A DNA stretch of 64,000 nucleotides from Hydrolagus affinis (taxonomy: Eukaryota), in assembly GCA_012026655.1 (NCBI GenBank), contig JAAILG010001434.1, positions 1 to 64,000 on the forward strand, given 5' to 3'. Under the pieces are notes generated by a model. The model did no database searches. It saw only the letters and a program-made list of their open reading frames with translations, and was not told the origin of the DNA. A program made the translations under genes and the position numbers. Positions 1 through 64,000 of this stretch are shown here, in pieces. Position 1 is the first letter of the stretch, and each line of letters starts with the position of its first letter.

Positions 1-190
1 CGCAAATGGCGTCTCAGAGCACTTCACAAAACAGATCTTGGTGCCGAGCCAGGGGAAGGGGGAAAAAGGTGGCCAAAAGCAAAAATCTTTAGTAGGAACG
101 GAGGGGGCGAGACAAAGGGAGTGAGGAAGGGAATTCTAGGCTCGGGGCATAGTGGCTGAAGGTACACCCGCTGACGGTGGAACCGAGGAT
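1..190 (-). mobile_element. L2-type LINE 3' fragment
   Basis: Reverse complement of the C-rich L2 3' region seen at 34400-34625 and 50640-50850. Confidence 0.6.
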
Positions 191-664
191 TCGGTACAAA
201 CATATATTAAAAAAAAAATACAAACATGAATGGAAACTGCTGGGATGTTGACAAAAGAACACAAGATGGAAAATGAATGAAGTGGCAAAGGGACAATTAA
301 AGACTAGCTCAATAAACTATAGCAGTAGCAGAAGCAGAGAGGAACATTAGACTTGGAATAAAAGTCAGATGCATCCCAGGAGAAACGTGAGTGTCTGAAC
401 ATCATGTCTAATGCTGCAAAATAGGGGAAAGAGGATGCTTGGCCTGGGTTGACTCATACGTTATTTTTCAAAGACTAGATATAAAAATAGATTAGGGTTC
501 TTTGGTGCACAGAGAATACAATAGCATTCTCCATTGCCAGAAGTTTAAATCAATACTGCAAGATTTTTAGGGTCTTTTTTATTTAGTTGGTTACAGGTAT
601 AAATGTTTCCCACCATAAATTATATAGTAGGAAATTGCTGCCGAAATGGATAGCTAAAACAAAA

Positions 665-1005
665 TATATAATAATCCTTACATTTGATATAGTGCTTTTC
701 ACGTCTTGTAGATGTCTCAAAGTGCTTCACAGAATATACTGTAAATTGGATTGACTGTGCACAGCCGTCCCCTACAAACAGTCGTGGATTGAACGACCAA
801 ATAATTTTTCTTTTTTTCTTGAGGGATTATTATCCCTGGAAAAGTGTTCCACCCATCGACTAACAATTGGGTTCCTATTTTCTGCCAGGTAAACAGGGGC
901 GTGTGAAGTAAGGAAATGTGCCTAATCTTTTGCTTGCTTGGGAATCAAACCAAGGTCTGTCGCTTGCAAGGCGAGTGCTCTAACCTCCGAGAGCTATTGA
1001 CTCAG
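665..1005 (-). mobile_element. tRNA-derived SINE, long variant (CORE-like middle, Deu/L2-like tail)
   Basis: tRNA-like head near 940-1003, (ATT)n tail at 665; matches many copies in the window. Confidence 0.85.
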
Positions 1006-1404
1006 CACTTAACACAAGACAGAAAGTACTACAGCTAAACAAAAGATGTCCGAAATCCAAACACAACCTTACACATTTGGCAGGAATGTGATGCAACAAA
1101 TTTAATGTATTCAGTGTAACCCACGTCCAATTTGATGCTCAGGGATATTTTCTATTCATACATCCGTTGGCTGCGAAGAATACCTAATACCAGTCTTGTT
1201 GGTAGGTGTTGAAAATGGGCAATACTAGGTTCACTGGCAGTGTGCTAACCTGTTTCTACTCTGCAGAAAAAGGCCTAAAGTTACATGTGCATTATGTTAT
1301 TTTCAGTGCTCTGAGACTATGTAAAGGTAGTTGTTGTATACTATATGTGCAAAATCTGGAACACTCTTTCTCTATTCTTATTTTCTTTTTCTCTATTTCA
1401 CGCC

Positions 1405-1580
1405 CCGATAAGCAGGTGGAAACATATTCAATAACAACTTTCAAAAGGGAATTGGATAGGTACTTGAAGTGGAAAAATTTATAAGGATATAGAAAAAGAG
1501 CGAGACTGATTGGGTAGCTCTTCCAAAGAGCCGGCACAGGGCACAGAGTGATAGGCCAAATTGCCTCCTTCTGTGCTGAA
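1405..1580 (+). mobile_element. CR1-type LINE 3' end
   Basis: Translates ...SITTFKRELDRYLK, typical of the CR1 ORF2 end, followed by a ggcc...cctccttctgtgctg tail. Confidence 0.7.
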
Positions 1581-1599
1581 ATATTCTACAATTTTATGC

Positions 1600-1775
1600 C
1601 TTTGCCTTGCCTCTTCCATCCCCATCTTCAGGTCACGCTGAAGATCTTCCTCTTGAACGTGTCTATGGTCAACCCTCCCCCTCTCTCCTGGTTCGGCGTA
1701 ATGTTCTGCCACTGTCAATTGTTCTGTGGACTTTTTGCCTGAGGGGTGCTATGTAAATTCAAGTTGTTGTTGTTA
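1600..1775 (+). mobile_element. L2 3' end with (GTT)n tail
   Basis: cttcaggtcacgctgaagatcttcctct...ggtgctatgtaaattcaagttgttgttg. Confidence 0.65.
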
Positions 1776-2180
1776 TATGAAACTCAAGCCACCCTTTCTA
1801 TTGATTGAAAAGTCTGAGTGGTTCATTGATTTTACATCTGTTGAAAATTACATCTTAGACAATTACACATATCTTAACATTGTTTTTTCTGACTGAAATC
1901 AACATTACATCGAGAAAGTATAGTGGCAACATGGCCTAAAAGAGTATTATATTACTCTAACAACACTGGAAATAATTTCACTTGTGGATTGCGTAAGAAC
2001 AAAGTAGAAACATCCATAATGTCAGACTATTGCAGTTAATCAAATGATTTCCCCAACTCATCAGGGAGTTACAAATGGAGATGTGGTAATGAGCAGTACT
2101 TCTGGAAGGCACAACTTGATAGATCGATTTTTTAAAATATAACAGATCTTGAAATTGAAAGAATATTGTTCACCTCAAGC

Positions 2181-4000
2181 TTTATTAGGGATTGAACTTC
2201 CAAACGCTAAAGTTTGAATCTTGGAAACACTGGCACCCAACACTATAAACAAGCCATGATTGAAAATTTGAAATGAGTTTTTGGAGGAGGGATGAAAGTT
2301 GTTATCATGCAACACTTTGAAGAGCTTTGCAATAGCTTCCAGCGACTGATATATTTAACAAAGAAGGGTGTACTGGATGTGGCAATGTCAACACTGAGTG
2401 TTAAAGGGAAAATCAAAAAATAATATTAGTGTGAGAGCAGTGGAATGCATGTGAGTACACAGAAAGAAAAACTGATCATGAAGTTGCCTCAAACCCCAAA
2501 AAGTTACTGAATATTTTGGTGCAGCAATAGATATGCTTCATGATGGTTCTTTTCGAATGAAATATTGTCTAGAATACAGCGTTATAGCACTTTCAAAGCT
2601 GGGAGTACCCTATGAAAGCACTAACTCCAATTTCACCACTATTACTTCTGCTACATCCAAGACTAATTAACTCATTGCAGACTAGAAGTTGAACCTGCGA
2701 GCTTCTGGCCTGAATGCTTTGACACTGCACAGTTGCTATCCTTAACCACCAGACCAACAGGGAATTGAAGGATAACAAAAGAAAATCAGACAGGTACTAC
2801 GCTCACCTTAACCAAATTGATTATTTCCTTTTCAACCAAAGCAACCTTGCCCTTAAGAATTATTTTCCTTTCCATTTTGTAAACAAAACACACAAATGCT
2901 TAGTTTCTTCCATTGCTCAAATGCTCTGTGTTTGCTCTTAGTGCTGTCTGAATTACTATATTTATCGTACTGTATTGTATAGAGCAGTAAATGTAATGCC
3001 AATCTAAGGGCTACGTCAACGGGCATACAATCAAACAAAATGGAAATTTTCAATCTGGAAAAGAGTAAATACCACAAGGTTGATTAATCTGCCTAAATCC
3101 AAAGGGAAACAACAATATTTGGTTCTGGTCCAGCCTGGAATCATTTCAGACTGGTTGGTTCCCTGCCCTGGCTCCACCTATTTCCCTCGCTGGAATCAAA
3201 CACACACTTGGTTTGGACGCTTGGTTAGAATATGCAAAGTTTTCACGTTCTCAAAAATGGAGTGAGTTGCAGTCAAAACAAATGTCAGCTGCACCCCACC
3301 CCACTGCACTCCCCACCAAACCAAACAAACAAAAATAAATAATACAACTCGTCATATGTAGTACTAGGATTTTTGTTAAAACCCCCCACTGATAAGCAAA
3401 TTAAGAACCAAGCCAGTAGTTTGAGTAAATCCTGACGTTTCAATGGGTTTCATTTAGGGTTCAGTTTGCTGTACATCCCTATTCATTTTCAAAGAAACAC
3501 CTACTGGATCTTTCAAATCTGCTTAAAAATAAGGCCATCTTACAAAAAAGGTACAGTTACATAGTCAAATATTAAGAAAACTACACTGGCATCTAGAGGT
3601 GTCCATTGATAATAGTCAAAATTACGAATCGGCTGAATTCAGCTGAAAAGACTGCAGCAAAGATTGTCAGATGTGCCATACATTTACCAAAACAGAACTG
3701 GTATAAAATTTAAAAAAAACTTTAAAAACTGGGATCGTGATTTTTTTTCCAACAGCATCAGGTAGGATGGGAGATGCACTCAGCAGCTCTGTTTTACATG
3801 GTTTAGTGCAGGTAGCTTTCCCTTCCCATTAAACAACAGAAACATTGTACAAAGGGTCAGTCAAGAATCCTCAGCGCAAAAACACAGGTAGTGCTGATGC
3901 AAAAAATATAATCAGAACACTGTCCATTACATAGAAAAATTAATCCTTTTCTTTATACATTTATACAGTGTTTAAAAAAGATACAAGACTAAAGAGTGAT
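2181..4000 (-). other. Putative LRP1B 3' UTR; candidate AATAAA at 2186-2181 (another at 583-578)
   Basis: Follows the stop codon; about 2760-4000 has no recognisable TE; the true 3' end cannot be fixed from sequence alone. Confidence 0.4.
2590..2760 (-). mobile_element. Old, degraded SINE-like fragment
   Basis: Weak A/B-box-like head near 2685-2755; similarity to 47480-47610. Confidence 0.35.
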
Positions 4001-59217
<55,217 letters not shown>

Positions 59218-60089
59218 CTGGAAATCAATCAAAAATATAATGGAATAGAATTATCCATTAGTGTAGTCCGCATCTCAAAGCTTCCTTAACGTTAAGGTAA
59301 CAGATTGGTCTAAGTCAAGTGAATAGAACTCCATTCCTATTATGAAGATATCAATCCAACAGATCCATTCTGTTACCACAGACAGTGTTACAAACACAGC
59401 AGCAATCGTTTCAAATGTGTGTCATCGGGTTGTTTACAATCATTGCAACACTGCTCTGAAGATTATACATTGACATGTTTCCGCTTCTCAAGGATACTTC
59501 CATTGGTATTTTTTGCTGATATTGCAAAAGAGAAAAATCTATATACAGTTTCTCTGTTTTAAAAACGTAGGAGTAAAAGTAGAGAGCTGTGCATTTTACT
59601 TCCACTCTGGTAAAGCTATGGTTGATGATCCTGTCCAAACTTTTAAACATTGCTGTCAGAAACAGGAATCCAAGTAAAAAATATGGCTACCATAGTGATG
59701 GAGACTGAGTCAATAACACACAAGCAACAAAAGTTCTCTCCAATGTCATATCTCCTTCGTAGGTCAGATTACTTTGGTGGCAGAATGACTGCATTGACTG
59801 CTGCCATCTCTGCTGGAGGAAGATAAGCCATAGTCATTTTGATCAACAAATGACATATTTATTTAGAATACCCCATATTGAAGGGATTTAAATTTTTTAA
59901 AATATAATTTCACAGGTATCACATTACTATATTTTGCTGTGGAGGGAAAATTTGGGAAGTTATTTCTCTAAACTGCTGAACTTCTCTGGTGACTGCTCAG
60001 TACAGGGGAAATAAATCAGCCAACACTGTACCTAAAAGCCTAAATTTTATGGAAAGTACAAGTATATTAAATAAAAAATAACCCTGACC

Positions 60090-60480
60090 TCTTTGCTGCC
60101 TTCGATATTTTCGTTGACTACTTTATCCTCCTCCACCACCTCTCCTCTCACCTCAACCTTCAAGGTTCGGTCTTTGAATGGTTCAGATCTTACCGCACAC
60201 ACTGCCTCCACTTCATCTCCATAAATGGTTTCTCCTCTAACCATCTCCTGCAGCATTCCTCAGGGCTCTGTCCTTGGTCCCCTCCTCTTCAATATTTACA
60301 TGCTCATTCTTGGTGACATAATCTGCAGACATGGTGGTCAACATCCACATGTACGCAGATAACACCCAACTCTATCTCTCTGCCTCCATCCTCAACTCCA
60401 GGCCCCACTACCCACCTGATAATCTGTCAGACATCATGTCCTGGATGAGAGCTGAATGTCAACAAGACCGAGGCCTTGTA
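60090..60480 (+). mobile_element. L2 RT fragment
   Basis: [25 protein letters not shown]. Confidence 0.88.
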
Positions 60481-61739
60481 AACCAATCATGTAACTCTGT
60501 CACAAGGTGCAACAACCTCTGAACCCAATTTGCTCCCCCATATAGTGACACACTGCACTGAAGCCCTCATCCAAGTTATGTATAATTGATTAGCAGATGG
60601 TACTGTAGCAGTTCATGGAGTTTTGAAGCTTCCATGTTCATTTTTCATTATTGTAGGTTTTACAGCAACTTTCCTTAATGTTGGTCTTCGTTTGCTTCTA
60701 ATCTCAAAATTTCCATTGATTCAGTCTCTCTCCCAAAATGTGGCTACATTTTCTCTGTGCTTGATGATTATACCTTGCATTTCTGATTGAAGCTGTGGCT
60801 CTTTATAGACGCGTTTTTCATGTGCTGTCCACTCTCATTTAATTCTCTCTTATTACAGGTATTTTGATATTTATTTCCTATCTCTTTACTCTATTTGACT
60901 TTCTCTTAGCACAAAGGTGAACACGAGCACTCTATATGTCCCAGATAAATTCATTTAGCAGTGCAAATTGAATGCCTGGGGATCAACAACAAATATAAAC
61001 CTCCAAGTTCTTTGTTTCAACAGTACTGCTCTAAAACTCAACAACATTACATTTACTCGCATCACAGGAATCAATACTCATAGCACAGCCAGCCTCTGTA
61101 ACAGTGCACTCCATCTGAGCACAACATGTTACCGGCAATTTTTTTTTAATGAAAGCCTATCAACAGAAGAGTAAAATACAGATAAAAAAGTGGTTTTGCT
61201 TTTCCTTTTCTTTTGTTGCTAGAAACCTTTCAAAGAGAAGCCATCCTGTAACGAAAAGTGCATTTTTTTCTTAACAAAATGATTCTGCACTAGGTATCAA
61301 ATTACTTAGAAGAAAAACACCATTGCCAACATATAAATTGTTTCAAAATACGCTTGCTCTATCTACAATGTTTAAACAAGGAATTAAACATGATCTTTTC
61401 CTTCACTTCTACGAAGAATAATCCAAATGAAGCCATTTAGTCATTTTATATTGGATAGTAATCAGCGCCTTGGGACATCCTCCCGGATGTGAAATGCGCT
61501 CCAAAAATGTAATTTTGTTGTTGTTGTAATCATTTAAGTATCTATTTTACACACAGAAATGGGTGACTGCTAATTTTTCAGATACAATTTCTGGGGGATT
61601 GGGTGGTAGGTGGGGAGGGGAAGGGAGGAAAGTTTAAGATTAAATAACATAGATTTATTTCAAATTAAAACCAATTACATTTTGAATAAAGAACCCGAGT
61701 GATTTCTAAGACCTTATTCTGAATTAATGCTTTGTGGTG

Positions 61740-61930
61740 AAACGTACCATGAAAAGCTAAGCAATTTTCTACACAGAAGGTAATCAATAGCTGGAACAGG
61801 TTACTAGAAAGTGTGTTGGAAATCAGGACAATGGACTAATAAACACATCGATGCTTGCTGTTCTAGGAGGGTTGAGCTTTCTGGAAAGATGAGATGCAAT
61901 TGGTTGATAGGCTTTTATTTGAACCTCTCT
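61740..61930 (+). mobile_element. Degraded CR1 3' fragment
   Basis: ttttctacacagaaggtaatcaatagctggaacagg (FYTQKVINSWN-like). Confidence 0.5.
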
Positions 61931-62737
61931 TGTGATTAGGCTTCCTGCTTCTAATCATTTTAGTGCTGGAAGCAATAATCGCTTAGCTTCCAGCAGCATA
62001 AACATAGCATTAGAATAGATACATTTATTTATAAATACTACATTGGAAATCATTTAAGATTACCGTTTGGAAATTCTACTCTGTCCTGGAGGAATGAAAA
62101 GGAGTTTGTATTTAAAGATGTTTAAACTGATTACAGCAGTAAACAGTATGACACCACATCTCAATCAAATAACCTTCTGAAAGAATCAAGCAAAATTCTG
62201 CTCTTTTTAACATTGTTTGCATAATGTAATTCGCAGTGAATTAAGGAGAAAGGATGATTTTTAAAACATATCATGGATAGCTGCTGAGGTGACACATATA
62301 GGCACACTGATGCCATTATCCATAACCAGAACTGAAATACAGCAACATATTGCTCATCAGAACAACTCACTTTAGTGATGAGCTGCTTCCACTTATCAGT
62401 AATGTGATCATCAACACCAATAATTACACACCACAGGATGCAATTACCACTCCACACCTTTTGTGACCACTAAGCCCATTGGTGCATGAAGATCTAGAGA
62501 TCAGCTGCAATTTACTAAATTATCTTCTCCAAACATATTTAACATGCTAAAAGCAACCTGTGTGCAGTCAAAAAGGTTGATGTAAAACCTTTTTAGAAAT
62601 ATTTCATCAGTAGAGGCACAACATTTTTTTATATATAGAAGGGCAGAGTATGTGTCAGTATATATTGTGAGTGCAACCAAAACTGTTCAGTTTGCATAAG
62701 AGTTTTAACCCCAAAATATTGCTGAATTGTTAACAAA

Positions 62738-62850
62738 AGAACATAAGAATAATGAGCAGAAGTAGGCCATTCGGTCCCTCAAGCCTGCCCCACCATTCAA
62801 TAAGGTCATGGCTGATCTTCTAATCTAACTAATCTAACTCCACCTGCCAT
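62738..62850 (-). mobile_element. CR1 3' end
   Basis: agaacataagaa...gtaggccattcggtccctcaagcctgccc. Confidence 0.7.
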
Positions 62851-64000
62851 AAAATCTGTTTAACTAGAAGCGTCAGAAAATTTGAAAGGCGTTTTTAAAA
62901 TTAACAATATACAAGTAGATCAAAATGGATCACTTAGCATTTTAGCTATTTGGAAACAAATCATCAAATTTGTATGATATATTCTTAGAACATTCATAAT
63001 ATATTTCTGTAGCAGCTTCTGTTGAATTTTTTCAATTATAAATGATTCTGGAAAACTTTAGTTCACAAGAATTTACTAATATCCGCCAGACACAGTTTTT
63101 TTTAAAAAATACTGCATATTTAAACAGAAGCCACCCATGTCTTTCTATTACTTGTGATGATTATTCAAATTATTTCTCTGCCACATTGCTATTTTATTAA
63201 ACTGTTTTCCAGTAGAGGCCAAAATTTCAGCCACACATTGAGTCAATAAAGAATCACTGTGGGAAGTCTAAAGGTTTCCCCTTTGGACTGTGATAAATTT
63301 ACTTCATGATTTCCCTCAAGCTCAGTTAACCGTACATCCAAAGTTAAATGAAATTCTCTTCCTACCCACGGTGAAGGATTGAAAATGACTTTTCAAGAAA
63401 GCCAGAAACAAATTTCTTTCAGTTAAAATCAAATGTGTAGATGTTGAATTGGATTCTTCCCTCTCAGCTCCTATTAATTCTTGAAGCCAAAGCGTTAATA
63501 GGGAGGGTGGTCCTAGCTAGAAAAGCAACAGGAAAGTGCACATGACAAGGTAAATGCAGAATGAAGTAAAATTATTCTGGCCATTTCCCCTCAATCTAAC
63601 TGTATGATTTTGCCATCATATATGTTTTCTAGGTATCTCTCCCTCTCTCCATACATATATAATATGCTTTATATAACGACCGCCATATATGCTTTCTGTG
63701 GCACCACTCATCACTGAACAACAGAGAGAACACTGAAATAGGCAGCCATTCAACTAATTGAACCTGTAACTGTAAAGGAAACAACATTTATACATTGTGA
63801 AAGCTCAAATAGTTACTTTCAAGGTTGGCTCTGCATTTCTACAGCTCATAGCTAAGCTTGACTCTTCTGTGAAACCTTTTATTCTTCCTCCTGAGTGGGT
63901 CTAGTGTCATTTGTGCTCTTTTATTTGGGCAGTTTGGGGGAATAGGAGGGGCTGACTACGATATTACAGCACTAATATTGTATGAAAAAAAGCTTATATT

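Noticed and set aside
59218-64000. Next upstream LDLa exon, including Cys-containing ORF 62161..62457
   Set aside because: No LDLa Cys/SDE pattern with splice sites found; the exon must lie beyond the window.

Overview
AT-rich vertebrate genomic DNA, most likely a cartilaginous fish (inferred from tRNA/CORE/Deu SINEs, L2 and CR1 repeats and slowly evolving protein sequence). The window holds the 3' part of one large minus-strand gene, an LDL-receptor-related protein 1B (LRP1B). I resolved 24 coding exons (59217 down to the stop at 4001; 3260 nt, about 1086 codons, all phases consistent). They encode 7 LDLa repeats of cluster IV, 2 EGF repeats, the last YWTD beta-propeller with the furin-site loop, an EGF stalk, the TM helix, and a tail with NPTY, NPVY/YxxL and a C-terminal ETVA. 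The 5' end of the gene is outside the window. Introns are full of SINE, L2 and CR1 fragments, and nearly all other ORF-track entries are spurious or TE-derived. Main points of interest: (1) the gene has an LRP1B C-terminus but LRP1-type architecture (no mammalian LRP1B extra cluster-IV repeats, no 33-aa tail exon); (2) an extra EGF exon at 7347-7460 lies next to an otherwise intact EGF exon at 13439-13543 whose acceptor reads GG rather than AG; (3) a LINE tail supplies the polypyrimidine tract of one exon; (4) several long hairpins and inverted SINE pairs lie in the pre-mRNA. I found no evidence of a wholly new multi-gene system. Comparisons to human LRP1/LRP1B and to repeat consensi are from memory, not alignments, and repeat boundaries are approximate.
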